Assembly: GCF_016889765.1 (NCBI RefSeq)
Contig: NZ_CP069533.1
Span: 758,504 to 822,503 of the forward strand
DNA from: Corynebacterium minutissimum
GTDB taxonomy: Bacteria > Actinomycetota > Actinomycetes > Mycobacteriales > Mycobacteriaceae
Reading direction: 5' to 3'
Length of the DNA: 64,000 nucleotides
Shown here: positions 47,696 through 59,865 of the stretch, piece after piece
How positions within the stretch are numbered: position 1 is the first letter of the stretch
Layout: each line of letters begins with the position of its first letter
Program-made: the position numbers and the translations under genes
Notes under the pieces: generated by a model
What the model saw: only the letters and a program-made list of their open reading frames with translations
Databases searched by the model: none
What the model was told of the DNA's origin: nothing

Positions 47696-49069
47696 ATGCT
47701 GAGTAGCATCTTCGATGTGACTAATACCTCAGACAACGTCGTGAACGCCGGAAATGTCCCTTCCGACCGATCCACGGCCCTGCTCACCGATAAATACGAG
47801 CTCACCATGCTGCAGGCAGCCCTGCGCGATGGTTCAGCTCACCGCCAGGTAACCTGCGAGGTTTTCGCCCGTCGCCTGCCCAACGAGCGCCGCTATGGTG
47901 TCGTCGCCGGCACCGAACGCGTGCTGCGAGCCGTTCGGGATTTCCGCTTTACCGCGCGCCAGCTGGCGGAGATGGACTTCCTCGATGAGGAGACTAAGAA
48001 TTTCCTCGCTCACTACCGGTTCTCTGGCCAGATTGATGGCTACCGCGAAGGTGAGATTTACTTCCCATATTCTCCGCTGTTGACCGTGCGCGGTACCTTC
48101 GGCGAGTGCCTCATCTTGGAGACGGTCATTCTCTCCATCATGAATTCCGACTCTGCGGTGGCCTCGGCCGCCTCACGTATGGTCGTGGCTGCTGATGGCC
48201 GCCCGATTATTGAGATGGGCTCACGCCGAGCGCACGAATACGCCGCGGTAACGTCTGCGCGCGCCGCCTACTTGGCAGGCTTTGAGGCCACCTCCAACCT
48301 CGAGGCAGGCTACCGCTACGACATTCCGGTCTCTGGCACGGCGGCGCACTCCTGGACTCTGGCGCACGTCAACGAGGACGGCACCCCGAACGAGGAAGCT
48401 GCATTCCGCGGCCAGATCGAAACCCTCGGCGTAGGCACCACGCTGCTGGTCGATACCTATGACATCACCAAGGGTGTGGAGACCGCCGTGAAGGTTGCTG
48501 GCCCGGAACTCGGCGGCGTGCGCATCGACTCAGGCGATTTGGCTGCGGTAACGCGCCGCGTGCGTAAGCAGCTCGATGACCTGGGTAACCACAACACCAA
48601 GATCGTGGTTTCCTCCGACCTCGACGAGTTTGCCATCGCCGGCCTGCGCGGAGACCCCGTCGATGTCTATGGCGTGGGCACCTCGGTGGTGACTGGTTCG
48701 GGCGCGCCGACTGCCGGCATGGTGTACAAGGTCGTGGAAGTCGATGGTCATCCGGTGGCCAAACGCTCCTCCTCCAAGAAATCCCACGGAGGAGCCAAAC
48801 GTGCGCTGCGCACATACCGCTCTTCCGGGGTGGCCGTCGAGGAGCTCGTGCTGCCTTTCGACGCCGAGGATCCAGACACCGGCACCCTCACTGCCCGCGC
48901 CATGACCGTGCCGCTCATGCGCGATGGGGAAATTGTTGACGGACTGCCCTCCCTCTACGAGTCCCGTGACTACCTCGCCACCGCCATCACGACTCTGCCG
49001 TGGGAAGGCCTGGCGCTCACTCGCGATGAACCGGCGGTGCCGACGCGTTTCATCGGCTTCACCTCCTAA
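47696..49069 (+). CDS. pncB: Nicotinate phosphoribosyltransferase
   Basis: LLTDKYELTMLQAAL... and HEYAAVTSARAAYLAGFEATSN are NAPRTase family motifs. Neighbours clpS as pncB1 does in mycobacteria. Confidence 0.85.
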   Translation: MLSSIFDVTNTSDNVVNAGNVPSDRSTALLTDKYELTMLQAALRDGSAHRQVTCEVFARRLPNERRYGVVAGTERVLRAVRDFRFTARQLAEMDFLDEETKNFLAHYRFSGQIDGYREGEIYFPYSPLLTVRGTFGECLILETVILSIMNSDSAVASAASRMVVAADGRPIIEMGSRRAHEYAAVTSARAAYLAGFEATSNLEAGYRYDIPVSGTAAHSWTLAHVNEDGTPNEEAAFRGQIETLGVGTTLLVDTYDITKGVETAVKVAGPELGGVRIDSGDLAAVTRRVRKQLDDLGNHNTKIVVSSDLDEFAIAGLRGDPVDVYGVGTSVVTGSGAPTAGMVYKVVEVDGHPVAKRSSSKKSHGGAKRALRTYRSSGVAVEELVLPFDAEDPDTGTLTARAMTVPLMRDGEIVDGLPSLYESRDYLATAITTLPWEGLALTRDEPAVPTRFIGFTS

Positions 49070-49117
49070 AGACACACCGGCTCCGCCCGGCGTTAGCCGG
49101 GCACTACACTGGGGCAA

Positions 49118-51088
49118 ATGGACGAGCACTCAGCAACGGTTGATCTTCTCGACGCCGCCGTCGCCGCCCTCGGCGGTGCCCGGCGCGATGGCCAAGTGCG
49201 CATGGCCGAAGCGGTCACTTCCGCCCTAGAGAAGGAGCGCCACCTCGCGGTACAGGCAGGCACCGGTACCGGTAAATCGTTGGCTTACCTCGTGCCGGCG
49301 TTCCAGCATGCCCAGGAAACCGGCAGCACCGTTATCGTGTCGACCGCTACCTTGGCCTTGCAGCGTCAGCTGGTGGAACGCGATCTTCCACGCTTGGCCG
49401 AGGCCCTCGAGCCCCACCTGGAGAAGAAGCCGACCTTCGCCATCATGAAGGGCCGTTCCAATTATGTCTGCCTCAATAAGGTTGCCCGCGCCTCCGAACT
49501 GGAAGATGAAGAGGCCCTGCTCGATGCCGCCGATTCGCCCTCCCACCTGGGCCGCCACGTCCAGCGCGTCTACGAGTGGGCTGAGGATACGGATACTGGT
49601 GACCGCGAGGACCTCGAGCCGGGCGTGCCGGATCTAGCCTGGCGGCAAGTCTCAGTAACCTCTGCTGAGTGTGTTGGGGCAACACGCTGTCCGCACGGTG
49701 AGGACTGCTTCGCGGAGCTGGCGCGGCGCCGCGCTGCTGACGTCGACGTGGTAGTCACCAACCATGCGCTGCTGGCTATCGACGCCGTTGCAGACGTGAA
49801 TATCCTGCCGGATCACGACGTTGTCATCATCGATGAGGCCCACGAGCTTGACGGCCGCATCACCTCAGTGTCAACCTCAGAAATTACCGGCCGTGCCCTC
49901 AAGATGGCTGCAACCCGCGCCAAGGCCCTGGGTGCCAATGGCAAAGACCAGCGCTTGAGCGAACAAGCAGCCGAGCTTACCCAGCTCCTAGGGGAATTCC
50001 TGCCCGGCCGCTGGACCGACCTTCCAGATGAAGCCAAAAACCAGCTCATGGCGCTGGCAGATACACTTTCCTCCTGCCGGGAGACCATCGCCCGCACCCC
50101 AGAGGGAGAGCAGGCCAACGACCCTGAGAAATTTGCCGAGCGCCAAAACCTGGCCAACCACCTCAATACTCTCGTTGAAGCTATCGCCCGCATTCTCGAT
50201 GTCTTCGCCACCGGGGATCCGGCCGCGCACGCGGATGTGGTGTGGCTGGAGCGCGACGAACGCACGCTTACCGATACCCTCGCCGTCGCACCGCTATCCA
50301 TCGCTGGCATGTTGCACGAGAAACTCTTCGGCGAGCAGACCGTGGTTCTCACCTCCGCGACCCTCGCCCTAGGGGGTCGCTTCGATGCCATGGCTGCGCA
50401 GTGGGGCCTGCCAAAAGGAACGTGGGATTCCCTCGACGTGGGCTATCCTTTCAACCCCGCGCGCAGCGGCATCCTGTACACCGCGAGCCACTTGCCGCAG
50501 CCGGGCCGCGACGGGCTAAGTCCGGACACCATCGAGGAAATACGCGAGCTCATCATGGCCGCGGGCGGGCGCACCCTGGGGTTATTCTCTTCGCGCCGCG
50601 CTGCCCAGCAGGCCGCTGAGGAGCTCAAGCCACAGATTCCCTTCGATATTTTCCTCCAAGGTGAGGACTCTATCGGTGCGCTGGTGGAAAAATTCACCAA
50701 GAACGAGAATTCCTGCCTCTTTGGCACGTTGAGCTTGTGGCAGGGAGTCGACGTGCCCGGCCCTTCCTGCTCGCTTGTGCTCATTGATCGCATCCCCTTC
50801 CCCCGCCCGGATAACCCCCTCATGCAAGCCCGCACCGAGGCCGCGAAGGCAGCGGGCCGGAACGGTTTCATGGAGGTCTCCGCCACGCATGCAGCGCTGC
50901 TCATGGCGCAGGGTGCGGGCAGGCTTCTGCGCTCTGTCGATGACCGCGGTGTTGTCGCTGTGCTTGATAACCGCCTCGTGACCAAGCGCTATGGCTCATA
51001 CCTGTGTGATTCCATGCCGCAGATGTGGCACACCACCGACCCGGAAGTCGTCCGCGGCGCGCTCAAGCGACTCATCGAAGCACGTTAA
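49118..51088 (+). CDS. dinG: ATP-dependent DNA helicase, DinG/Rad3-like
   Basis: Walker A AGTGTGKS, DEAH box IIDEAHEL, and C-terminal helicase motifs (QGAGRLLR). Confidence 0.8.
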   Translation: MDEHSATVDLLDAAVAALGGARRDGQVRMAEAVTSALEKERHLAVQAGTGTGKSLAYLVPAFQHAQETGSTVIVSTATLALQRQLVERDLPRLAEALEPHLEKKPTFAIMKGRSNYVCLNKVARASELEDEEALLDAADSPSHLGRHVQRVYEWAEDTDTGDREDLEPGVPDLAWRQVSVTSAECVGATRCPHGEDCFAELARRRAADVDVVVTNHALLAIDAVADVNILPDHDVVIIDEAHELDGRITSVSTSEITGRALKMAATRAKALGANGKDQRLSEQAAELTQLLGEFLPGRWTDLPDEAKNQLMALADTLSSCRETIARTPEGEQANDPEKFAERQNLANHLNTLVEAIARILDVFATGDPAAHADVVWLERDERTLTDTLAVAPLSIAGMLHEKLFGEQTVVLTSATLALGGRFDAMAAQWGLPKGTWDSLDVGYPFNPARSGILYTASHLPQPGRDGLSPDTIEEIRELIMAAGGRTLGLFSSRRAAQQAAEELKPQIPFDIFLQGEDSIGALVEKFTKNENSCLFGTLSLWQGVDVPGPSCSLVLIDRIPFPRPDNPLMQARTEAAKAAGRNGFMEVSATHAALLMAQGAGRLLRSVDDRGVVAVLDNRLVTKRYGSYLCDSMPQMWHTTDPEVVRGALKRLIEAR

Positions 51089-51705
51089 GGACGGCGCAAC
51101 GCGCACACCGTGGCGGAGTCCGGTGCCACTTCGGTAAAACCCGCGTCTCGGACCACCACGGCGTTTTGCCGGCCGCAGGCCTCAACGAAGTCCTCGGGAT
51201 CTACCTCTCGCACGCACAGCGCAAAGTCCTGTGCTGCCCACTTTTCCACCTCGTCAAAGCTCATCGCCGCGGCCAACAGCATGGAGCCATGCCCCACCTG
51301 GGCTGCGGCCTTGCCTGCGCTCATCTCGAGGGAGGCATCGATGAGGATGAGGGGGACGTCGCAAAGCGCCGGCTGCGGTGCATCCTTCGGCAGATCTGTG
51401 TGACCGATCTGCAGCTTGGCCACGAGCGGATCCACCTCGGAGACCGCAGAAGGCACGAAGGCTCGGGCGCGATCTGCCACCGTCACGCCGGGCAAGCCCT
51501 GCACGTCGCGCCATGCCTTGTTGCGAGCGCGTCGCGCGACCTTGCGGATGCGATGCCCGTACCACTGTCCCAGTGCTTCAGCGAAGGCGCCCTCTTGGCC
51601 GGCGCGTTCATCCAAGCAGAGCTTGACGACGGCCCTCGCCGCCGCCTCCAGCACCTCCGTGCGGCTCGGCGGATCCTGCTTGGGCAGGTTCAGCGCAATC
51701 TGCAT
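51085..51705 (-). CDS. PTH2-family (peptidyl-tRNA hydrolase 2-like) domain protein. Start uncertain.
   Basis: The C-terminal 115 aa (LILIDASLEMSAGKAAAQVGHGSMLLAA ... VVVRDAGFTEVAPDSATVCAL) match the PTH2 fold signatures GKxAAQxxHA and DAGxTxxxPGSxTVL. Longer alternative starts (TTG at 51810) would overlap serB. Confidence 0.45.
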   Translation of the reverse strand: MQIALNLPKQDPPSRTEVLEAAARAVVKLCLDERAGQEGAFAEALGQWYGHRIRKVARRARNKAWRDVQGLPGVTVADRARAFVPSAVSEVDPLVAKLQIGHTDLPKDAPQPALCDVPLILIDASLEMSAGKAAAQVGHGSMLLAAAMSFDEVEKWAAQDFALCVREVDPEDFVEACGRQNAVVVRDAGFTEVAPDSATVCALRRP

Positions 51706-51802
51706 GGCCTGGACGGTCTCTGGCTTGTCAGGGTCCTCAGGATCATCGCGCCAGCTGCGCTCACTGCAGGCTTCGACGAGCCGGCGGTGAGCCTCGCGAA
51801 GA

Positions 51803-52999
51803 CTAGTCAACGACGACCTCTTCCATGGGAATGCCCAGAATTTGCAGGATTTCATCCATATACGGATGGTTAACGGAGGTGTCCGCAACCTCACGCAGCG
51901 CAGGTTTGGCGTTAAAGGCAATGCCAAGGCCCGCGGCAGAAATCATGTCAATGTCATTGGCACCATCGCCTACTGCAACCGTTTGTCGCATGCTCAAACC
52001 AGAATCGGCGGCGAACTCACGAAGGAAGTTTTCCTTAGCCTTGCGGTCGACAACGTCCCCGATGACCCGGCCAGTAAGCTTGCCATCTTCAATTTCCAAG
52101 GTATTGGCGCGAACGTAGTCAAGGTCGAGCTCCGCTGCTAGACCCTCAAGGACTTGGATAAAGCCGCCGGATACGACCGCCACGCGGTAGCCCATGCGCT
52201 TCAGCGTACGGATGGTGGTGCGCACACCCGGAGTGAGCTCAATATCGGCGGCGGTCTGCGCGATTACGGATTCCGGAAGACCAGCCAAGGCGGCTACGCG
52301 CTCACGGAGGGATTCTTCGAAATCCAACTCTCCGCGCATAGCGCGCTCGGTCACCGCAGCCACCTCTGCCTCTTTACCGGCATGGGAGGCGAGCATTTCG
52401 ATGACCTCGCCCTGAATAAGCGTGGAATCGCAATCGAAGCAGATCAGGCGCTTGGAGCGGCGCTGAAGGCCGGAGCGCTCAATGGCAATGTCGACGCCCT
52501 GCGCGGTGGCGAGACGGGCTAACGCGGCGCGCACGGGGTCGGCAGAACCATCAACGGTGATGTAAAGCTCGAGGCCGTTAAGCGGGGATGTCGAGAGCCC
52601 GCGAATGCGGTCAATGTTGGCGTTAAAGTTGGCCAGCTCCTGCGCAATCGCAGAGACGTGGCTGGCATTGAGTTGGCGGCCGAGCACCACGACCACGTGC
52701 GTGGACCGCGGGCGAGAAGTGGCTTCATCCGCGCGTAGCTCCACGGTGAGCGACTGAGCATAGATGCTGAGGGTATTGCGTAGTCCCTTCTCCATCGCCT
52801 CCACGCGCGACCTATCAACGCGCACGTAGGCCGACAAGGAGATGCGCCCGGAGAAGATGGCCTGCTCGACGTCGACAAGCTCAACGTTATAGGAACCAAG
52901 GACGCGGAAGAAGGCCGCAGAGACACCTGGCTTGTCCGGACCGGACGTTGTCACAACGGCGAAGGCAGTCTGGTTAGGGTGATCGTTCTGGTTATCCAC
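51803..52999 (-). CDS. serB: Phosphoserine phosphatase with N-terminal ACT domains (SerB2-type)
   Basis: HAD motif I LICFDCDSTLI, motif III GDGANDIDM, and tandem ACT-like N-terminal domains. Confidence 0.85.
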   Translation of the reverse strand: MDNQNDHPNQTAFAVVTTSGPDKPGVSAAFFRVLGSYNVELVDVEQAIFSGRISLSAYVRVDRSRVEAMEKGLRNTLSIYAQSLTVELRADEATSRPRSTHVVVVLGRQLNASHVSAIAQELANFNANIDRIRGLSTSPLNGLELYITVDGSADPVRAALARLATAQGVDIAIERSGLQRRSKRLICFDCDSTLIQGEVIEMLASHAGKEAEVAAVTERAMRGELDFEESLRERVAALAGLPESVIAQTAADIELTPGVRTTIRTLKRMGYRVAVVSGGFIQVLEGLAAELDLDYVRANTLEIEDGKLTGRVIGDVVDRKAKENFLREFAADSGLSMRQTVAVGDGANDIDMISAAGLGIAFNAKPALREVADTSVNHPYMDEILQILGIPMEEVVVD

Positions 53000-53067
53000 G
53001 CTGTCATTATCGCATGTCCCTTTCGTCCGCAGACGACCCCCTAATCATTACAGACGGCACACACGAC

Positions 53068-53108
53068 AAACGCCGCCTCCCCATCGCGGTGATGGGGAGG
53101 CGGCGTTT
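53068..53108 (-). terminator. Long perfect hairpin downstream of ctaD
   Basis: AAACGCCGCCTCCCCATC-gcggt-GATGGGGAGGCGGCGTTT is an 18-bp perfect stem. The U-tract is weak (TTTTC on the plus strand). Confidence 0.4.
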
Positions 53109-53185
53109 TCAGGAGTTCGCGTATTTCTTCGCACCTGTCCGGGCTAGCGAGTGGCTAGCTGGACTGAAGCGCGGGGCCCGCAGGA

Positions 53186-54877
53186 TTAGTGGCCGTAGTG
53201 TGCTTCCTCACGGATGCGCTTAACCATGTGCGGGTAGTGCAGCTCGAAGGCCGGACGCTCAGAGCGGATACGCGGCAGGGAGACGAAGTTGTGGCGCGGC
53301 GGCGGGCAGGAGGTAGCCCACTCCAGGGAGTTGCCGTAGCCCCACGGGTCGTCCACGGTAACAATTTCACCGTAGCGCCAGGACTTGAAGACGTTCCAGA
53401 TGAGCGGGATAACCGAAGCACCCAGGACGAAGGAGAAGATGGTGGAAATCTGGTTGAAGACCGTGAAGCCGTCCGACTCCAGGTAGTCGGCGTAACGACG
53501 CGGCATACCCATGTTGCCGACCCAGTGCTGAATCAGGAAGGTGCCGTGGAAGCCGATGAAGGTCAGCCAGAAGTGAATCTTGCCCAGACGCTCATCCAGC
53601 ATGCGGCCGGTCATCTTCGGGAACCAGAAGTAGAGGCCAGCGAAGGCGGAGAACACCACGGTACCGAACAGGGTGTAGTGGAAGTGAGCGATAAGGAAGT
53701 AGGACTCAGCCAGGTGGAAGTCCAGAGCCGGGGAAGCCAGCATAATACCGGTCATACCGCCGAAGAGGAAGGTAGACAGGAAGCCCATGGCGAAGATCAT
53801 CGGGGTATCCCAGGTGATGTGTCCCTTCCACATGGTGCCGACCCAGTTGAAGAACTTCACACCGGTCGGAACCGCAATCAGGAAGGTCATGAAGGAGAAG
53901 AACGGCAGCAGAATGGCGCCGGTCACGAACATGTGGTGAGCCCACACAGCCATGGAGAGTGCACCGATGGCAAGAACGGCGAAGACTAGGCCGATGTAGC
54001 CGAAGACCGGCTTACGGGAGAAGACCGGGACGACCTCAGAAATAACACCGAAGAACGGGATAGCGAGGACGTAGACCTCTGGGTGGCCGAAGAACCAGAA
54101 CAGGTGCTGCCACAGGATGGCACCGCCGTTAGCGGAGTCGTAGATGTGGCCGCCCAGCTTGCGGTCATACAGAACACCGAGGGCAGCGGCGGTCAGCAGC
54201 GGGAAGATCATCAGAACGATGACGGACGCGGTGAATACACACCAGCTGAAGACCGGCAGGCGGAACATAGTCATGCCCGGCGCACGCAGAGTCAGGATGG
54301 TGGTGATCATGTTGACCGCGGAGGCAATGGTGCCGACACCGGTAGCGCCAACGCCAACAATCCACATGTCAGCGCCGATGCCCGGGGTGTGCACGGAGTC
54401 AGCCAGCGGCATGTACATGGTCCAGCCGAAGTCAGCCGCACCGCCCGGGGTAACGAAGCCGAGCAGCATGACAACACCACCGGTCAGGGTGATCCAGAAA
54501 CCGAAAGCGTTCAGACGTGGGAAGGCCACATCCGGCGCACCAATCTGCAGGGGCAGAACGTAGTTGGAAAAGCCCCACACAACCGGCGTTGCAAACAGCA
54601 GCAGCATCACGGTGCCGTGCATGGTGAACAGCTGGTTGAACTGCTCGTTGGACAGGAACTGCAGACCCGGGGTGAACAACTCAGCACGGAGCAGCAGGGC
54701 CATGAAGCCACCGAGGAAGAAAAAGCTGAAGGACATGATCAAGTACATGATGCCCAGCTGCTTGTGGTCAGTGGTGGTCAGTAGCGTCCAAGCCTTGGAA
54801 CCAGTCTTAGCGTTACCAGTCGGCTCTGGACGTGTGGGCGCGACGTAATCGTCGAGCCGTGGCGCCACAGCGGTCAT
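53186..54877 (-). CDS. ctaD: Cytochrome c oxidase subunit I
   Basis: Canonical CtaD sequence with histidine ligands. ATG at 54877 has an AGGAGG ribosome-binding site. The track's longer N-terminus lacks one. Confidence 0.9.
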   Translation of the reverse strand: MTAVAPRLDDYVAPTRPEPTGNAKTGSKAWTLLTTTDHKQLGIMYLIMSFSFFFLGGFMALLLRAELFTPGLQFLSNEQFNQLFTMHGTVMLLLFATPVVWGFSNYVLPLQIGAPDVAFPRLNAFGFWITLTGGVVMLLGFVTPGGAADFGWTMYMPLADSVHTPGIGADMWIVGVGATGVGTIASAVNMITTILTLRAPGMTMFRLPVFSWCVFTASVIVLMIFPLLTAAALGVLYDRKLGGHIYDSANGGAILWQHLFWFFGHPEVYVLAIPFFGVISEVVPVFSRKPVFGYIGLVFAVLAIGALSMAVWAHHMFVTGAILLPFFSFMTFLIAVPTGVKFFNWVGTMWKGHITWDTPMIFAMGFLSTFLFGGMTGIMLASPALDFHLAESYFLIAHFHYTLFGTVVFSAFAGLYFWFPKMTGRMLDERLGKIHFWLTFIGFHGTFLIQHWVGNMGMPRRYADYLESDGFTVFNQISTIFSFVLGASVIPLIWNVFKSWRYGEIVTVDDPWGYGNSLEWATSCPPPRHNFVSLPRIRSERPAFELHYPHMVKRIREEAHYGH

Positions 54878-55310
54878 AAAATCCTCCTGAAGAACAAGTG
54901 CCTCACCACGTGATGCGCAGCGCAAGATCTCGCGCAACGATCCACATGATCAAACACCTAGGTTTACCTGCCTTATATTAGGGCACCGCGCAGGCAAATT
55001 TCCAGCGCTCCCTAAACTTCTACCAACGTTGCTAGCCCCGTTTGGAGCAGGAGATGTCCACGAACTGCCTGCACGATGGCAGCCGCTGCGACGACGCCCA
55101 CTCCAGAACGCACATGCCCGGTGATCCAGAACACAGCAGAGGGGGTGCAGTCGGCTAAAAACGCGGAAAACGCACCCCCTGAAAGAATCAACCTTTCGAT
55201 TGATCCTTCCGGTAGGTGCGTGTCATGCCCGCAGCCGGGATGCGCGCTGTTGCGGAAGTGACTAGCGTCCTATCGCGGCGGACATTGTCGTATCAGACTG
55301 TAGGTTTTCT

Positions 55311-56318
<1,008 letters not shown>

Positions 56319-56373
56319 CTAGTCTGAGTGTTCCTGTGACCATCGTACCCACTTGGCCTGCATTCCGGTAAGT

Positions 56374-56403
56374 GTCGCTACTCCCCATGCATCCAGTAGC
56401 GAC
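56374..56403. promoter_or_regulatory. Inverted repeat in the divergent nrdF/gntR promoter region
   Basis: GTCGCTACT-ccccatgcatcc-AGTAGCGAC is a 9-bp perfect inverted repeat. It lies about 75 nt upstream of both divergent genes. Confidence 0.25.
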
Positions 56404-56476
56404 AACGGGCTAATTTATACTGGCGTTTTATGTGTTCCGAGTTCGCGTTACCCACGCAGGGGGAGGTATTGGCATC

Positions 56477-57184
56477 GTGGCGACTACGCAAGAGCCCCAC
56501 ACTCCGCTGCTAAGCACCGTGCTGGACACCATGGGATCAGACATCGTCAGCGGCACCCTCCCCGCTGGTGAACGTTTTACCCTGAACGATATTTGTCAGC
56601 GCTTTGATATCTCACGCACGGTTGCCCGCGAAGCGATGCGCGCTCTTGAGCAACTGGGCATGGTGGCGTCCTCGCGGCGCGTCGGCATTACGGTGCTGCC
56701 GATTAGCGAGTGGGCCGTCTACGATTCCTCCATCATCACGTGGCGCCTGAACTCGGAGAAGTCGCGGGACGGGCAGCGCAGTTCCCTCAATGAGCTGCGC
56801 CTGGCCATCGAACCTACTGCAGCGTCCCTTGCAGCTCAGCATGGTTCACAGGCAGACAAGGAGGAGATCCTCGAGCTGGCACAGCGCTTGCATGCTTTTG
56901 AGGACACGCCCGCGCGGCGAGTCGGCGAGCAACTCGCAACCGACCTGCGCTTCCACACCATGGTGCTGCATGCATCGGGCAATGAGATGTTTGCGGCATT
57001 AAGCCCGTTCCTTTTATCCATGGTGCGCGGACGCTCGGTGTTTGGCTCGCGCAAGCGCAACCCCACTGCGGGAACGGCCCGCCTCCACCTGGATTTAGCG
57101 CACGCAATCCATAGTGGTGACGCGAACGAGGCAGAAAAAATCGCACGCGCCATCCTCACGGAGGCACGTGCGAAAGAGACCTAA
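56477..57184 (+). CDS. GntR-family (FadR/FCD subfamily) transcriptional regulator
   Basis: HTH ICQRFDISRTVAREAMRALEQLGMV, and an FCD-like C-terminal domain. GTG start with a GGAGG ribosome-binding site. Confidence 0.75.
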   Translation: MATTQEPHTPLLSTVLDTMGSDIVSGTLPAGERFTLNDICQRFDISRTVAREAMRALEQLGMVASSRRVGITVLPISEWAVYDSSIITWRLNSEKSRDGQRSSLNELRLAIEPTAASLAAQHGSQADKEEILELAQRLHAFEDTPARRVGEQLATDLRFHTMVLHASGNEMFAALSPFLLSMVRGRSVFGSRKRNPTAGTARLHLDLAHAIHSGDANEAEKIARAILTEARAKET

Positions 57185-57193
57185 CTCAAAGGT

Positions 57194-59365
57194 CTACAGC
57201 ATGCAGGATACGCAGCCCTCAACCTCAGTTCCCTCCAACGCCATCTGGCGCAGGCGGATGTAGTAGAGGGTCTTAATGCCCTTACGCCAGGCATAAATCT
57301 GGGCGCGGTTGATGTCACGGGTGGTGGCGGTGTCCTTGAAGAACAAGGTCAGCGACAAACCCTGGTCCACGTACTTGGTGGCAACGGCGTAGGTGTCGAT
57401 GATCTTCTCGTAACCGATCTCGTAGGAATCCTTGAAGTACTCAAGGTTGTCGTTATCCATGTGCGGCGCCGGGTAGTAGACGCGGCCAATCTTGCCTTCC
57501 TTACGGATTTCGATCTTGGAGGCAATCGGGTGGATAGACGAGGTCGAGTTGTTGATGTAGGAAATCGAACCAGTCGGCGGCACCGCCTGCAGGTTACGGT
57601 TGTAGATGCCGTGCTTGGCGACGTCCTCCTTCAACTGCGCCCACTCCTCCGCCGTCGGCGTGTGAATGGAGGAAGCCGCGAACAGCTCCTTGACGCGCTC
57701 GGTGCGGGGCACGAAATCAGCCGGGTCATAGCGGTCGAAGAATTCACCACTTGCATACTCGGACTGGGGGAACTCCGTGAAGTACTCGCCGCGCTCACGA
57801 GCCAGTTTGTTGGATGCTCGCAGTGCGGCGTACATGATGGCCGCGAAGTAAGCGTTGGTGAAGTCCAAGCCTTCCTCGGAGCCATACTCGATGTGCTCGC
57901 GACCGAGGTAGCCGTGCAGGTTCATCTGGCCCAAGCCGATGGCATGGGAATCATCGTTGCCCTTGCGCACCGACGGCACGGAGTTAATGGACGTCTTATC
58001 CGCCACTGCAGTCAGGCCACGGATGGCGGTTTCCACAGTCAGCGCGAAGTCAGGGGAATCCATGGTGGCCGCAATGTTGAGCGATCCCAGGTTGCAGGAG
58101 ATGTCACTGCCCAAGGTCTTGTAGGTCAGGTCTTCATTGAGCTCGGAAGGAGCATTCACCTGCAGAATCTCAGAGCACAGGTTCGACATGTTGATACGGC
58201 CGGTCTTGACCGGGTTCGCGCGGTTTACGGTGTCCTCAAACATGATGTACGGGTAGCCGGACTCGAACTGCAGCTCTGCGATGGTCTGGAAGAAGTGACG
58301 GGCGTTGATCTTCTTCTTGCGGATCCGCGGATCCTCCACCATCTCTTCGTAGTGCTCAGTGACAGAGATATCTGCGAAAGGCTTGCCGTAGACGCGCTCG
58401 ACGTCATACGGGCTAAATAGGTACATGTCATCGTTCTTGCGGGCCAGCTCGAAGGTGATGTCCGGAACGACGATTCCCAGCGACAAGGTCTTGATACGGA
58501 TCTTTTCATCCGCGTTTTCACGCTTGGTATCAAGGAAGTTCATGATGTCTGGGTGGTGTGCGTTGAGGTACACCGCACCAGCGCCCTGGCGTGCGCCCAG
58601 CTGGTTGGCATAGGAGAAGGAATCCTCCAGAAGCTTCATCACCGGAATGACGCCGGACGACTGGTTTTCGATGTGCTTGATCGGTGCGCCCGATTCGCGG
58701 ATGTTGGTCAGCAGCAGTGCTACGCCACCACCGCGCTTGGACAGCTGCAGTGCGGAGTTGATGGAGCGACCGATGGACTCCATGTTGTCTTCGATGCGCA
58801 GCAGGAAGCAGGATACGAGCTCGCCACGCTGGGCCTTGCCAGCATTGAGGAAGGTCGGGGTCGCCGGCTGGAAACGGCCGGTCATGATTTCATCCACGAG
58901 GTGCTCAGCCACCTCGGTATCGCCGTCTGCAAGGAAAAGTGCCGTCATGGACACGCGATCTTCGAAGCGCTCGAGGTAGCGGCGGCCGTCAAAGGTCTTC
59001 AGCGTGTAAGAGGTGTAGTACTTGTAGGCACCCAGGAAGGACTTGAAGCGGAACTTGTAGGAGTATGCACGCTTGAAGAGGGACTTAATGAAGTCGAAAT
59101 CGTACTGCTCGAGCAGCTCCGGCTCGTAGTACTTGTTTTCCACCAGGTAGTGCATCTTTTCTTCCAGGTCATGGAAGTAGACGGTGTTCTGGTTGACGTG
59201 CTGGAGGAAGAATTGGTTCGCGGCCTCACGGTCCTTGTCGAACTGAATCTTGCCGTTCTCGTCATACAGATTGAGCAGTGCGTTCAGCGCGTGATAGTCC
59301 AGCTGCTCTTCAGGCTTCACAGGTTCGGCGACGGTCTTACCCAGTTGCGTGGTCACGACGTTCAC
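57194..59365 (-). CDS. nrdE: Class Ib ribonucleoside-diphosphate reductase alpha subunit
   Basis: Catalytic core with the conserved cysteines and the C-terminal redox CxxC (EGCVSCML). GTG start at 59365 chosen after an AAAGAAAGG ribosome-binding site. Confidence 0.85.
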   Translation of the reverse strand: MNVVTTQLGKTVAEPVKPEEQLDYHALNALLNLYDENGKIQFDKDREAANQFFLQHVNQNTVYFHDLEEKMHYLVENKYYEPELLEQYDFDFIKSLFKRAYSYKFRFKSFLGAYKYYTSYTLKTFDGRRYLERFEDRVSMTALFLADGDTEVAEHLVDEIMTGRFQPATPTFLNAGKAQRGELVSCFLLRIEDNMESIGRSINSALQLSKRGGGVALLLTNIRESGAPIKHIENQSSGVIPVMKLLEDSFSYANQLGARQGAGAVYLNAHHPDIMNFLDTKRENADEKIRIKTLSLGIVVPDITFELARKNDDMYLFSPYDVERVYGKPFADISVTEHYEEMVEDPRIRKKKINARHFFQTIAELQFESGYPYIMFEDTVNRANPVKTGRINMSNLCSEILQVNAPSELNEDLTYKTLGSDISCNLGSLNIAATMDSPDFALTVETAIRGLTAVADKTSINSVPSVRKGNDDSHAIGLGQMNLHGYLGREHIEYGSEEGLDFTNAYFAAIMYAALRASNKLARERGEYFTEFPQSEYASGEFFDRYDPADFVPRTERVKELFAASSIHTPTAEEWAQLKEDVAKHGIYNRNLQAVPPTGSISYINNSTSSIHPIASKIEIRKEGKIGRVYYPAPHMDNDNLEYFKDSYEIGYEKIIDTYAVATKYVDQGLSLTLFFKDTATTRDINRAQIYAWRKGIKTLYYIRLRQMALEGTEVEGCVSCML

Positions 59366-59430
59366 GGGCCTTTCTTTGTTATGGCGAAATTGGAGAGACG
59401 AAAATCTACAGGGAATACATAGGAGAAGCC

Positions 59431-59856
59431 CTAGGCTGCAAGGCCTAAGGCTGCGGCGTTGGCCAGCAGGCCTTCGCGGCAAATTGTGACATCTTCCTCG
59501 GTACCAAGAAGTTCGAAACGGTACACATAAGGCACCTTACACTTGGCGGCGATGACATCGCCGGCCTTGCCAAAGTCGGTACCGAAATTGCTGTTTCCTC
59601 CGGCCACGACCGCACGGATAAAGCTGCGGTTGTGCTCGTTATTAAGGAAACGTATGACCTGCTTGGGTACAGGCCTCGTGTTCTGCTTGCTTATCGACGC
59701 CCCTCCCCCATACGTCGGACACACCAAGACGTAGGGTTCGTTGACGATAAGCGGCTCATCAGTCAGGCGCAGCGGGATGCGGACGCTAGGAAGGCCGAGC
59801 TTCTCAACGAAGCGGTGGGTATTTTCCGTGGCGGAAGAGAAATACACGACCAACAT
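59431..59856 (-). CDS. nrdI: NrdI flavodoxin-like protein
   Basis: [20 protein letters not shown] is the NrdI N-terminus. Confidence 0.85.
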   Translation of the reverse strand: MLVVYFSSATENTHRFVEKLGLPSVRIPLRLTDEPLIVNEPYVLVCPTYGGGASISKQNTRPVPKQVIRFLNNEHNRSFIRAVVAGGNSNFGTDFGKAGDVIAAKCKVPYVYRFELLGTEEDVTICREGLLANAAALGLAA

Positions 59857-59865
59857 AACGAAATT

